A stretch of 64,000 nt of DNA from Scyliorhinus canicula (taxonomy: Eukaryota). A program made the position numbers and the translations under genes. This document shows, piece after piece, positions 1 through 13,020 of the stretch; position 1 is the first letter of the stretch; every line of letters begins with the position of its first letter. Location of the stretch: assembly GCF_902713615.1 (NCBI RefSeq), contig NC_052149.1, positions 157,976,379 to 158,040,378 on the forward strand, written 5' to 3'. The notes below the pieces were generated by a model, which was not told the origin of the DNA, made no database searches, and saw nothing but the letters and a program-made list of their open reading frames with translations.

Positions 1-159
1 ACCACTGCGCCACCGTGCTGCCCGTGTATTTCCGACCAATTTAACCTGATGTCATATCATAATAGACGATGGACATGTTAAACTGGAGACGGTTCTGGAC
101 AATTACCTAGATTTTCAATTGATATTATTTTCAGAAACATGTTTGCATTTATATATGTC

Positions 160-250
160 CCTCACTTATAGCCAATGAATTATTTTCAAGTGTAGTCATC
201 GTTATAATATCGGCTGATACAGCAGCCAATTTACACATAACGAGTTCCTA
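160..250 (-). mobile_element. Ancient Deu-domain SINE fragment (SacSINE1/AmnSINE1-like)
   Basis: cacttatagccaatgaa...ttcaagtgtagtcatcgttataat...gcagccaatttac is the reverse complement of the Deu-domain core; same motif as at 3400-3490. Confidence 0.5.
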
Positions 251-724
251 TGAAGTGAAACCAGCCTACTATTGATGGTGTTGACTCAGATAATTGAAGA
301 TTAAAGTAGGTTTGGTGTGTTTCCAGAACTTTTAGTTTGTGTCGATCAATTTTATCAGTAAGACACAGCAAACTCTTTTTATGATTAACTCAGAAGGTTA
401 GTTTATTTCACATTTAAACACTGGGGGGGAGGGGGAGGACGGTTGCAACCTAAGACACACACACATGCAGTAGGGGGACAACTATTGATAGTAATAATAA
501 AACAACCCACAGAAATTCCAGAGTCCAGAAAGTCAAAGTCAAGAGGGTGTTTCCTGTGAGGCAGAGTTCAGATCAGATGAGTTGCTGGTTGGAAACAACA
601 GCACGAAAGTCCTTGAAAATGAATGGGGTTGCTTTTACAATAAAACAGGCTTCAAGTATTTTAGAGATGGTGGCCGCTGCTTGGTCAGGCAGGAGCCCTG
701 CTGTTGTACTTCCTAAACAAGAAA

Positions 725-905
725 TTTCCAATTCGGGGGCAATTTAGCGTGGCCAATCCACCTACCCTTTGTATCTTTTGGATCGTGAGGGTGAGACCCA
801 TGCAGGCATGGGAGAATGTGCAAACTCCACACGGACAGTGACTCGGGGCTGGGATCGAACCTGGGTCCTCAGCGCTGTGAGTGCTAACCATTGCGCCACC
901 ATGCC
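725..905 (-). mobile_element. tRNA-derived SINE (HE1/V-SINE-like)
   Basis: ggggcaatttagcgtggccaatccaccta...gtgcaaactccacacggacagtga...gatcgaacc (B-box on minus); many paralogues in window. Confidence 0.85.
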
Positions 906-1099
906 TCCATCTGCTGTTATACTTTTGAAGTTGAAAGAATTAGCAGATCAGTTCTAACAAGCCCCAGCTGGGTGGCCTCCGCTCCCCACCTGGGAAGCTC
1001 AAGCCCCACGGGTAGATCAATAATAGTTTCCCCGTGGGGGTTATAACAGCTAGAAAAGCAAATGACTTTCCCAATATGGCTTTTTGAATAATCCCGATC

Positions 1100-1340
1100 T
1101 TAAACTCCACCATTGATTGCCTTTAATCTCTGGGCCCGATAATCTGGAATTCCCTCCCTAACCTTCTCCACCTCTTTATCGCTCATTCCTCCTTTAGGAA
1201 GCTGCTTAAAAGTTAATCCTTTGACCAAGCTTTTGGTCAGACATCTTAAATCCTCCTGAAGTGGTTCTGTCAGAAATTTCTTTTGCTAACCCTCTGAGGA
1301 AGTCATAAAAATATGTTATTAATCTACTATATAACTGCAA
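1100..1340 (+). mobile_element. Decayed L2-type LINE 3' end
   Basis: tctggaattccctccct...cctttgaccaagcttttggtca; a reverse-oriented paralogue at ~12540-12720. Confidence 0.45.
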
Positions 1341-1349
1341 ATTACTCAT

Positions 1350-1730
1350 TTTTAAAATTCATGCATGGGATGTGGGCATCGCTGGCTGGGCCAGCATATA
1401 TTGCCCATCCCCAATTGACCTTGAACTGATTGGTTTGCTAGGCCATTTCAAAGGGCATTTAAGTGGCAACCACATTGCTGTGGATCTGGAATCACATTTA
1501 GGCCAGACCAGGTAAGAATGGCAGACTTCCTTACCTTAAGAACTGTAGTTCAGATGGATTTTTACAACAATCGATGATGGCTTCATGGTCACCATTAGAC
1601 TTTTAATTTCAGATTTTTAAAATTTAATTTGAATTTACCATCTGCCCAGGGTGGGATTCGAACCCGGATCCCCAGAGCATTATTTGGGTTTCAGGGTTAC
1701 TAGTCCAGTGACTAATACCACCACACTATT
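1350..1730 (-). repeat. Interspersed SINE-like repeat
   Basis: gggattcgaacccgg B-box-like motif at ~1653; a decayed paralogue at ~14980-15410. Confidence 0.5.
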
Positions 1731-3169
1731 GCATAACAATATTACTGTTCTACCATCTGTAAATTGTGCTGGTCACATTTGCCTAATAGCTTTGTTGATG
1801 TCCGCAACTTTATTTAATTTTATCCTGAAAAAACAAGTTTGTCGGGTGGTGTTTTGTGTCAACTGAGAGTTTGTTAGGACAGTGTTAATCCTTTAAATTC
1901 CAATGTGTGGGTTAACAGAATTGAAGGTAATGGCCGGACTTGCTCCTTCCTCCTCATGCTTCAGCTTTATTGCTGAACTGTGGAGAGAAATTTGATTAGA
2001 ACGTAATAATTGGATTGATGCTGTCACGTGTTTCACAAGAGAATATATTAAGGATAATTTTTCAGTCCGAGTGCAAATTATAGATCAACAATGGGCCATG
2101 AAGTATTTATTATCTTCTTTAGAATTTCAAAGTAATTTCATGGATCTATTGCACATTATACCATATGCCATTTTGTAATCTATTTTTCATATGTCATGGA
2201 AAGGGCATCACGCCACTTAATTGCTCACAAATTACTTTTCCCCACAAGCGTTTATTAAGAGAATATGTTTAATGAATGAACGTTTTAAACTCTTTAATAC
2301 TGAATGGATGTGCACCCTCGTGTACTGAGCTTCAGGGAATAATGCACCATTAAATCAATTTAGCAGAAACCTCTGGGCTCATCAGTAAACCATGCAGATC
2401 AGAAGATGCCATTTCCGAGGTCTTTGGTTTGTTCGGAACAGGAAGAGACTGTTTGGCCTTTCTCGCCTTGTTCTGTCATTCAATTAGATCATGAAAAATG
2501 TGTGCTCAACTCCATTATTATTAATTATTATTATTTCCCTTTCTTTACTCCACATCCCTTGATACTTTACAAATATCTGCTCAGCCTTAAAAGCTCCAGT
2601 TGTCTAAACATCCAGAGTCTTTCGATGGAGGAAAAGCAAATTTGTACTCACCTAAATTATCTCAGTTGGTCAACAGTAGGGGTACTAAAATAGACTTTGG
2701 TGACCCCAGACTAGGGATAGCATAAATCAACAAAGACTCCTCCTGCTGTTGTCAGTGCATGACTCCTGTGGGAACTGGATGTTTGGTGAACACGGGATAA
2801 GGCTGAGAAGGAATGCCCCATGTGAACAAGTAGCTTGTTGATGTTGTCTAGATCTGGGCATGAAGAATGGTCACTTATGAAGGCAACCAACTCCCATATG
2901 GAACTTTGCCCAGGGGTTTCCTTTGATTTAAGAATGTTAGCTTGCATTACAACAATGATTGAACTTGGCTGTGAAATGCTGCGGTATATCCTGAGTGTCA
3001 CATAACTGCAAGTTCACTCATGCTCTCTAAATGTCCAAAGACAATTGGAGCAAAGGTGGGAGGCACATAATTAAGTTCAGCTGGTATTTGACTGGATGAT
3101 TCAACCCATCACTAATATCCGAACAGCTGTTCAAATCCAATCGAAGCATGAAAGCGAAAAAAAGACTTT

Positions 3170-3349
3170 ATAATAATAATAATAATCACTTATTGTCACG
3201 AGTAGGCTTCAATGAAGTTACTGTGAAAAGCCCCTAGTCGCCACATTCCGGCGCCTGTTCGGGGAGGCCGGTACGGGATTTGAACGCGTGCTGCTGCCTC
3301 GTTCTGCATTACAAGCCAGCTGTTTAGCACACCGTGCTAAACCAGCCCC
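3170..3349 (-). mobile_element. Short tRNA-derived SINE (GGGGCTGGTTTAGC head)
   Basis: Head gctaaaccagcccc, shared tail ttgtcacgagtaggcttcaatgaagttactgtgaaaagcccctag and (aat)n tail; paralogues at 10906, 33405, 39711, 54503. Confidence 0.85.
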
Positions 3350-3369
3350 AGATGTAACGAATGTAACTT

Positions 3370-3790
3370 GGACTTACATATCACCTTCCATGACTGTAGG
3401 ATGTCCTAAAAGATTTTATGGCCGATGAAGTACTTATTAAACTGGACTCACTGTTGAAATTTAGGAAACACGGTAGCTAATTTATGCCGCTCAATCTCCC
3501 AATACCCCTCTGATTTTTTTTTGTTGTTTCATGAAGGATAAATATTGGCCAGGACGCCAGGGAGAATCATCATACTCTGCTTCAAAATAGCAGATCTTTA
3601 TTGTCTGCCTGAGTGATCAGGCAGAGCCCCGGTTTAACATCCCAACAAAAAGACTCTGACAGTGCATCATTTCACCAGCATTGGACTGATGTGTGATTCT
3701 GAACGCTTAAAGCTTTGGAGTCAGACTTGAACCCACAATCTTCTGGCCCAGAAGAGAGGGTGCCACCAACTGAACTACAGCTGACACATG
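3370..3790 (-). mobile_element. Ancient Deu-domain SINE (SacSINE1-like)
   Basis: ggccgatgaagtactt...cactgttgaaatttaggaaacacggtagc (Deu core) plus a tRNA-like head ending near 3785. Confidence 0.55.
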
Positions 3791-4089
3791 ATGTTCTGCT
3801 GATCTACTCCTACGGAGCTGTCACTACACATGACAGATAAACTGAAGCAGAAACTGTGTCAGATCATGAAAAGGCAGCATTTGTTTTCCAAAATAAGTTT
3901 TTGTCCGACTCATACAATTAAACCTGTACATTCATGAGCGAGAAAGGTACGGTGAGTGGTTATTACCTGGAATGCACTGCCAGACGGGGTGGTGGGGGCA
4001 ACTTGAACGAGTTGCATTCCAAAGGCAATTTGGTAATTATCTAAAGGCAAAAGAAATGCAGGGCTGTGGTGATGAGATGGGAGTAAGAT

Positions 4090-5960
4090 CAAATATGAAG
4101 GCAGGCTAGCCAGTAATATAAGAAATGATAGTAAAAGTTTCTTTCAATACATAAGAAACAAACGACAGGCCAAAGTAGACATTGGGCCAATTCAAACTGA
4201 TTCCGGAAGGCTAGTGATGGGAGACGAGGAAATGGCTGGAGAACTTAATAAGTACTTTGCGTCTGTCTTCACAGTGGAAGACATGAGTAATATCCCAAAA
4301 ATTATAGAGGGTCAGGGGGCTGAGTTGAGTATGGTTGCCATTACAAAAGAGATGGTGCTAAAAAAGCTAAAAGGTCTTAAAATTGACAAATCTCCTGGCC
4401 CCGATGGGCTACACCCTAGAGTTCTGAGGGAGGTGGCTGAAGAAATAGCGGAAGCGTTGGTTGAGATCTTTCAAAAATCACTGGAGTCAGGGAAAGTCCC
4501 GGACGATTGGAAGATCGCTGTTGTAACCCCCTTGTTCAAGAAAGGATCAAGACAAAAGATGGAAAATTATAGGCCAATTAGCCTAACCTCGGTTGTTGGT
4601 AAAATTCTAGAATCGATCGTTAAGGATGAGATTTCTAAATTCTTGGAAGAGCGGGGTCGGATTAGAACAAGTCAACGTGGATTCAGTAAGGGGAGGTTGT
4701 GCCTGACGAACCTGTTAGAATTCTTTGAGGAGGTGACAAGTAGGTTAGACCAGGGAAACCCAGTGGATGTGGTCTATCTGGATTTCCAAAAGGCCTTTGA
4801 TAAGGTGCCACACAGGAGGCTGCTGAGTAAGGTGAGGGCCCTTGGTGTTCGAGGTGAGCTACTGGCATGGGTTGAGGATTGGCTGTCTGACAGAAGGCAG
4901 AGAGTTGGGATAAAAGGTTCTTTTTCGGAATGGCAGCCGGTGACCAGCGGTGTCCCACAGGGTTCAGTGTTGGGGCCGCAGCTGTTCACCATATATATTA
5001 ATGATCTGGATGAAGGGACTGGGGGCATTCTAGCAAAGTTTGCCGATGATACAAAGTTAGGTGGTCAGGCAGGTAGTGCTGAGGAAGTGGGGAGGCTGCA
5101 GAAGGATCTAGACAGTTTGGGAGAGTGGTGCAGGAAATGGCTGATGCAATTCAACGTGAGAAAATGTGAGGTCTTGCACTTTGGAAAAAAGAATCCAAGC
5201 ATAGACTACTTTCTAAACGGTGAGAAAATTCATAATGCCAAAGTACAAAGGATCTGGGAGTGCTAGTCGAGGATTCCCTAAAGGTAAACATGCAGGTTGA
5301 ATCTGTGATTAAGAAAGCGAATGCAATGTTGTCATTTATCTCAAGAGGGTTGGAATATAAAAGCAGCGATGTGCTACTGAGCCTTTATAAGGCTCTGGTT
5401 AGGCCCCATTTGGAGTACTGTGTCCAGTTTTGGGCCCCACATCTCAGGAAGGACATACTGGCACTGGAGCGTGTCCAGCGGAGATTCACACGGATGATCC
5501 CTGGAATGGCGGGTCTAACATATGATGAACGGCTGAGGATCCTGGGATTGTATTCATTGGAGTTTAGAAGGTTAAGGGGAGATCTAATAGAAACTTACAA
5601 GATAATACATGGCTTAGAAAGGGTGGACGCAAATAAACTGTTTCCGTTAGGCGAGGAGACGAGGACCCGTGGGCACAGCCTTAGAATTAGAGGGGGTAAA
5701 TTCAGAACAGAAATGCGGAGACATTTCTTCAGCCAGAGAGTGGTGGGCCTGTGGAATTCATTGCCGCGGAGTGCAGTGGAGGCCGGGACGCTAAATGGCT
5801 TCAAGGCAGAGATAGATAAATTCTTGATGTCGTGAGGAATTAAGGGCTATGGGGAGAATGCTGGTAGGTGGAGTTGAAATGCCCATCAGCCATGATTGAA
5901 TGGCGGAGTGGACTCGATGGGCCGAATGGCCTTACTTCCACTCCTATGTCTTATGGTCTT
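4090..5960 (+). mobile_element. 5'-truncated CR1 LINE: ORF2 RT and C-terminus with one frameshift, plus 3' UTR
   Basis: ORFs 4214-5266 and 5260-5835 contain [44 protein letters not shown] and RPHLEYC; tail cctatgtcttatggtctt; nested in an older CR1 3' end (3930-4089 and 5961-6045). Confidence 0.95.
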
Positions 5961-6222
5961 AAGACTAGCTGAGAAGCGTCTTACAAAGAGTCAGAATAGG
6001 TATGATGAGCCGAATGGTGTCCTCCTGTGCTGTAATCATTCTACAGTTCAAATAATTATTCTGTCACAGTATGCAGCAATACAAGTTATTGCCCATCAAA
6101 CTTTGGGTATGCATGAAAAAATTAGAAATTTTTCTAATTTTGCACTGAAAAAATGAGCGGCTGAATAAAATTAATTTCCTCGCTAACTGAGATTGTAATA
6201 TTGTGTAGATACGAGTGTAGAT

Positions 6223-6510
6223 AGGGCGGCACTGTAGCACAGTTGTTAGCACTGTTGCTTCACAGCACCAGACACCCAGGTTCGATTCCAGGCTTGGATC
6301 CTGTGCGGAGTCTGCATGTTCTCCCTGTGTCTGCGTGGGTTTCCTCCCACAAGTCCCGAAAGATGTGATGTTAGATAATTTGGACATTCTGAATTCTCCC
6401 TCTGTTTACCCGAACAGGCGTCGGAGTGTGGCGACTCGGGGCTTTTCACAGTAACTTCATTGCAGTGTCAATGTCAGCCTACTTGTGAGAATAAGAGATT
6501 ATTATTATGA
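6223..6510 (+). mobile_element. tRNA-derived SINE (V-domain head with the short-SINE tail)
   Basis: gggcggcactgtagc...ggttcgattcc...gcttttcacagtaacttcattg...(att)n. Confidence 0.85.
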
Positions 6511-6579
6511 CGATCAGTCGCATAACAAATTATCTTCTGCAAGCCACCATAATGATACTTCAATCTGTCTGAATTAACC

Positions 6580-7233
6580 CAGTGTTCTTCAAACTCGGGG
6601 GCGCGACCCGTGGGCGGGTCGCGGGAGGGTCGCGGAGGGGTCGCGGAGCCGTCCTTCACAGTGCTCCCAATCGCGCAAATCCCCGCGCAGCAGCCTGCTT
6701 TTAATAACGCCGTGCATGCGGCCGTTAAAATGGCCGCGAACATGTAAAAACAATTTGGCCGCAGTGCGTATGCTGATCGGGTGCGCATGCGCAGTGCAGC
6801 CGCTATTTTTTTAAACGGTCGCAGCTTTTTGTTTTACAAGTTTGGGAGTTTTTTATTCATTTAATTTTAATTTTTTTCATTTATTTTATTCATTTTTTTT
6901 TACAAGTTCGGGGGGGTTTTAATTGATAGAACCTTACAGAAAAAATGGCGAACTTTGGACAGATGGAGACTCCATACTTTATGACACCGGAAGGCTACAC
7001 CTTCCTCTAACAGGTTCCATTGGAGGAGCGTGTACGAGGGCCAAAGGGACCCAAAACCATTTCCTCCATTTTTATCAGCAAACAAGGTAAGAGAAAATGG
7101 TGGGTCGCTCAGGTCGGCCGGCGTGAGTTGCTCAGGTCAGCCGGCGTCGGTCTTGAAGGTCGGCCAGGTTGCGTCCCAAAGGTTGGCCGGTTGGTAAAAA
7201 TGGGTCCCCGGAAAACAAGTTTGAAGAACACTG
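6580..7233. mobile_element. Non-autonomous hAT-type DNA transposon
   Basis: Perfect 16-bp TIRs CAGTGTTCTTCAAACT (6580-6595) and AGTTTGAAGAACACTG (7218-7233); perfect 8-bp TSD AATTAACC (6572-6579, 7234-7241); subterminal GGGTCGCG and GGTCGGCCGG repeats. Confidence 0.92.
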
Positions 7234-7369
7234 AATTAACCCCTTTGATGTATCAAATGTGATGCTTCTGCATCACACTTCAGATAGACATGAACATAAT
7301 TCTAAGACATGACAAACAAGAATTACATTCTAATACAGAAACATACCAAAAAAAGTAATTCCACACCAA

Positions 7370-7700
7370 GTATAGAATCCCTACAGTGCAGAAGGAGGCC
7401 ATTTGCCCCTTTGAGCCTGCACCAACCCTCTGAAAGAGCACCCTCCCTAGGCCCACTCCCCAACCCTATACCCACAACCCCACCTAACCTGCACATCCCC
7501 GGACACTGATTTTAGTATGGCCAACCCACCTAACCTGCACATCTTTGGACTGTAGAAGGAAACAGAAGCACCCAGAGGAAACCCACACAGACACAGGGAG
7601 AAAGTGCAAACTCCACACAGTCACCTAAGGCCGGAATTGAACCCGGGTCCCTGGTGCTGTGAGGCAGCAGTTCAAACTACTGTGTCACCGTACCACCCCC
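7370..7700 (-). mobile_element. HE1-like SINE with CR1-derived tail
   Basis: tagaatccctacagtgcagaaggaggccatt tail; aacctgcacatctttggactgt; gtgcaaactccacacag. Confidence 0.85.
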
Positions 7701-8152
7701 TGTTGAAAGTATTGAAGTTTGATACATTGGTTGTGATTTCTGCACTCCCTTTGGTCAGCCTCTACCCTATAATGGACAGTTCGCTAAAATATCAGTCGTC
7801 TGCACCTTGTATAAAAACTAATCCTTCACTCACATCTGATTCTGATGAATTGTTTAAACCATGGTGTACCAGCAATGAAAACTTTATATAAATGTTGGAG
7901 GGAGAAACCTTATACTAATACATATGCCGAGTGGTAGTGGAAGGGTGCTTGAGTATTGCACACAAAAATCACTATAATACGTGTACCCCTCTGATGAGAG
8001 TATTTTTGATCAAAGTGTTGGGAAAATCTGGAGGGCAAATACAGCGAAAAAAAGTACAGAAATTCATTCTGAAGGAAGATTTTCTCTACCTTTAGTAAAA
8101 CAAATATGCAATCAAAAAGAATGTGCTTCCACTCTGCTATGAGAAATATTAT

Positions 8153-8324
8153 GGTCTGGATTCTCTGCCGTCAGGATTCTCCATTTATGCCAGCAGCCCG
8201 GGGCTTTCCCGACGGCGTGGGGCTGCCCCACGATGGGAAACCCCATTGACCAGCCGGCGAAATGGAGCATCCCGCCGGCGTGCTGAACCAGAAATCTGTC
8301 GCGGTGGGACGGAGAATCCAGCCC
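8153..8324. mobile_element. MITE (Harbinger-like termini)
   Basis: Imperfect inverted ends ggtctggattctc / gagaatccagccc; GC-rich interior in AT-rich flanks. Confidence 0.6.
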
Positions 8325-8914
8325 ATATGTTTTTAGATTGCTGTAACAACACTAAAATAAAAATGGGATTAAAGAGGGATCATGTGGAGCATCACTGCAA
8401 TAAATGATGTTTAGTGTAGCTGAATTACAGGATACTTTATAGAATTTTACAATAAGAGGCCACCTCTTCCATTTTACCCATGCCAGTTCATTGAAAGAGC
8501 CAGATAGTCCCATCTCCCCACCCTTCCCTTAAACATGTTATTCAATAAACCCTCCGTTATCCATTTCCCTTTTAAAAGGTGTATTATAGATTCTGCCTTC
8601 AGCATCATTCCTGGTAAAGCATTCCACTGTCTCCTCTTATAGATATATTTTTTCTACCCTCTCCACAGAAAGTGAATTATTTTCTAACACAGAGATATGT
8701 TGTGGTTATTTGCCACAGTATGTGCGGTATGGTGGATGACGAGGTTTGACTTTGGGTGCCCGTTATTCCACGATGATGCTTCAGTTGCTCTTTGAACTGA
8801 CAGGACTGTTTCTTGCTGAGTCTCTGAGGTGAAAGGTCAGCTATGAGTTAGGCCAAGGTTAGCCTGAGGGTGGCTGAGGTTAGCCTGAGGATGGTCAATG
8901 AATCAAAGTCATTG

Positions 8915-9248
8915 AATCATAGAATTCCTACAGTGCAGGAGGCCATTCGGCCCATCAAGTCTGCACCGACCCTCTGCAAGATCATCCTACCTAGGCTCAC
9001 TCCCTCACCCTATCCCCGTAACCCCATCTAACCTGCACACATGTGGACATTAAGGGAAAAGTTTAGCATGGCCAATCCACCTAACATGCACATCTTTGGA
9101 CTGTGGAAGGAAACCGGAGCACCCAGAGGAAACCCACGCGGACACGGGGAGAAAGTGCAAACTTCACAGGCTGTCATCCAAGGCCAGAATTGACCTGGAT
9201 CCGTGATGCTGTCAGGCAGCAGTGCTAACCACTGCCACCATGCTGCCT
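8915..9248 (-). mobile_element. HE1-like SINE
   Basis: Same architecture as 7370-7700. Confidence 0.85.
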
Positions 9249-10905
9249 TATTTTGCAATACTGAGATATTAAACTCTGAAGATATTCTTGTCAGCTACTC
9301 AATGTTTATTTTAGGTCAGTGGCACTTAATTATATCAACATAATTAAGTTTCCAGTAAGATTTATTTCTGTCAGGAGGACCTATTAGGATTACTTTGCAA
9401 TGCATGACTTGACAGGAAATTTGACAGACATGTCAGACCACCCCTCCTTGATTTACAATGTTTTCTATTCTCTTGTCTCTTGTCTGGTTTTATATCCAAC
9501 ACCTTCATTGTAAACTGAAGATTAAACAAATAATTTCTGGGATCTGTTTCAAACTGTGTTTCATTACTCCTTCCTTTCCATGCTTACTTAGACAAATTAT
9601 AGCTTTCAGATATGAATAATATATAACTCAACAGCCTCATCTGCCATCATTAAGAGCTTTTGGTCACTGCACGTGAAGGAATTGCTCATACTGCCCAAGC
9701 TTTAATATGCAATTAAATACCTCACATTTTAGTTTACCTTTAGCGATTCAATGGAATGCTAGAAATAATCAAGGCAACTAAATAGCTTAATGAGTGGAAA
9801 AGGATATGTGATCTTTATCGGTGACTTGCTGGATGAAATAACTCTGTAAATGTAATAATTTAGTGCATTAATGTTCTCGTACTTTCCCTACACTTTCAAA
9901 TTTCCTCTCAGGCACAAATCATTCTAATGCACAAAGCTACCATTTTCAAGATATATTTAACATCAATTACAGGCAAACATGTTAATTTACCCGCGGCTCT
10001 CTTGTAGCCCATTATATCGGTGGTAGTAAGGTTGCATGGCAGAGAGTATAAAGCAGAAAAGAGGAATTGTACTATATGATCCAGTTGTTCCAGTATATGC
10101 AGTAGTGTTGGTGAATCGCCCTATCTTGCCTTCCTACACTTCATGAAGGAAAAAAAGAAGTTGAGCTTCAGAGAGGAGCCAGTTGGGGGGGGGGGGGGGG
10201 GGTGGGGGGTGGGGAGGTGAGATGGTGGTGGTAGTTGGTGTGCACAAGACCATAGGATAAAGAAAGTTAATTGTAAATGACTTGTGTGGGTAGTAGGCAT
10301 AAACTGGAGGTTTGTTTGTGACCCTCTGAAAAATAAATGTTTTGAACTTGTCCTTGTTGGATGTGCATCTCTGCAAATAATTAACTACAGAAGTGAGTGA
10401 AAGATTGGCTCCAGATCTATTCTTGGTCATGAGGCTTTCTGGATATTAACAGGGGCCATTAGGATACAATATTTGCAAAGGCAATCCATATATGGACCGT
10501 GACAGGCATATCTGACCAGGCTGAATAAACCTTTGCGAGGGACCTGTGCCTCATCTAGAAATCCACAGATGAAATACATCAGAAAAAATCAACATCAGCT
10601 TCATGTAGCCAGCAGCAGTAAACGTATCAACTACTCTCAACATAGTTTGTTAGGATCACACAGTTTTTGGCTTTCTGGCATTCACCCAGCTCTGAGAAGC
10701 CTGACTGGTGAAGAAAATGGGCTGGATTTTGTGGTAGAAATAACGGTGAGGCTCAACTATTGTTACCTGTCTGTAAATTGGATGTCAACTTGCAGCGATT
10801 GCACTTGCCTGGTCAAAGTTGCTGCCTGAGATAGCCTGCCCTTCCAAAAGCTGCACAATCATGATACTCCGCTGTCTGACTTGAACTCTCCTGACATTTA
10901 CAATA

Positions 10906-11083
10906 GGGGCTGGTTTAGCACAGTGGGCTAAACAGCTGGCTTGTAATGCAGAACAAGGCCAGCAGCGTGGGTTCATTTCCCATACCGGCCTCCCCACACA
11001 GGCCTTGGAATGTGGCAACTAGGGGCTTTTCACAGTAACTTCATTGAAGCCTACTCGTGACAATATGTGAGCGAATATTATTA
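10906..11083 (+). mobile_element. Short tRNA-derived SINE
   Basis: ggggctggtttagcacag head; gcttttcacagtaacttcattgaagcctactcgtgacaat tail. Confidence 0.85.
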
Positions 11084-11967
11084 AATACTCCAGAAAATGT
11101 TTGAACTTGTCCATTCCAGTAGAAGTAACCTTTTTATCAACATGATAAGTCTTAATTATTGTCAAATAACCTGTTGAAACTGAAAATTTACTTTTAGAAG
11201 TGTAGAGTCTCATTCCTTTAAAGCGCACATGTAACGGATGGCTGGTGGCATTTACTGACTATAAAACTCAGTCTGTCAAATCCAGCAGTAACAGAAGAGG
11301 CTTACAGGGCTTTTCAGTTACAGAGTGCAATTGACTGCTCTGGTGGTCATCCTCATACTATCACTTTCAAAGTTTAAATGTTCTTAGCCTACTGGTTAAT
11401 TATTCAGGTTATAAAATAGAATATGATTATAATAATGGATTTCCCACTTATTTCAGGTTATAAAAGGGTAGATATGTGGAATAAGCGGTGTATGCTGGGC
11501 TGGCTTTGCTAAGTGCAGTCAGACTCCCATTATATCTAATTCACTTTACTGAAGCAGCAGTTACCATGTGCCACTTAACGACAGGACGCATGAGCTGGCG
11601 GTGCAACTGCAATATTCATGCTCATTTAAGATTTCACTCAAATATAACTTTTTGCTGACTTATCACTGATCTTCTCCAACTGAGTTACGAAGTGTAAGTA
11701 CTGTACTGATTCCAGGGGAGATTTAAGGGAGGGAGGAATGTCAAACATACTATTCAGTGCAGAGGGGAAGGGGCAGGGTGATTTATTCTGTAACTTATTC
11801 AGCACTTCCTTGTATTTTCTTCCTCTGTCAACAGACGTTGTGCAGTTTTGTCACTGAACATTATGTCTGGGTCAGATTTGTCCAACTTTATCTTTCGTAG
11901 CAAATTACATATTAACTAGAGTGAAGCAAATCCAACCTGTGGCCAACAGGCCCTAGATTTGTCCTGT

Positions 11968-12387
11968 ATCATAGATTCCCTATAGTGCAGAAGGAGGCCA
12001 TTCAGCCCATTGAGTCTGCACCGACCCTCTGAAAGAGCACCCTCCCTAGGCCCACTCCCCCACACTATCCCTGTAACCCCACCTAACCTTTAGACATGAA
12101 ATGAATGAAAATGAAAATCGCTTATTGTCACGAGTAGGCTTCAATGAAGTTACTGTGAAAAGCCCCTAGTCGCCACATTACGGCGCCTGTTCAGGGAGGC
12201 TGGTACGGGAATCGCGATCAATTTAGCTTGGCCAACTCTTTGGACTGTGGGAGCAGCCAGAGGAAACCCACGTAGACACAGGGAGAATGTACAAACTGCA
12301 CATAGACAGTCGCCCAGGGTCGCAATTAAACCTGGGTCCCTGGTGCTTTGAGGCAGCAGTGTTACCCACTGTGTCACCGTGCCGTCC
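11968..12387 (-). mobile_element. HE1-like SINE with a nested short-SINE 3' fragment (~12098-12215)
   Basis: HE1 tail and head separated by aatgaaaatcgcttattgtcacgag...tggtacgggaat. Confidence 0.8.
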
Positions 12388-13020
12388 AGAGGAATCTTGC
12401 TTTGTCAGTGCAATGGTTCAATTGTCTACTGTGACAAATTACCTCCTACATTATTTGGTCACTTTAATGAATAATTTTAGTTACATCAAATTTGCATTCC
12501 GCTCAAATTTGTGTATGGTTATGTTGAATCTAAAAGTTAAACAACAAGAACTTTCATTTCTATAGTGCCTTTGACAGAGCAATAACTTTGTCACTTCACA
12601 TGAGTATTATAAAATAAATGTTGGGACAGGTGACCAAAAGCTTGGTCAAAGAGGTAAAGGAGAGCTTATAAAAAGGAGAGGGAGCTATGTCTTTAGGTTT
12701 AGTGAAGGATTTTGAGAGTTTAGAGCCTGTAGGAAACTTAATGCGTGGCTGTCAGTGATGGACCAAAAAGAAAATGCTGAAGTGCAAGTGGCCACTGTAG
12801 TGTTATAACTGTAAGAACTGCAAAATTTAATGCAATGTCACAAAATTCAGGCATCTGTGCTTGCCCTTAGGCATTGCACAGCTGTAATGCTACAGTGATT
12901 ATTAAACTCATTAAAGTGAAAAATATCTGCATTTCAGTGAAATTCTAACAAATTTATTAGGTATTACTGCTGTGGCTTGTTATCAGCAGTTTACTGAAAA
13001 ATAAGGTAAGCACTGACATG

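Noticed and set aside
315-1048. Possible old minus-strand solo LTR (TGTTATAACCCC start)
   Set aside because: No TSD or second copy was found and the other end is undefined.
8868-8891. Short repeat ggttagcctgagg x2 as a CRISPR-like array
   Set aside because: Only two units in eukaryotic DNA; a simple local duplication.
10906-10985. tRNA genes at SINE heads
   Set aside because: A/B-box-like heads run into SINE bodies, and no complete cloverleaf could be supported.
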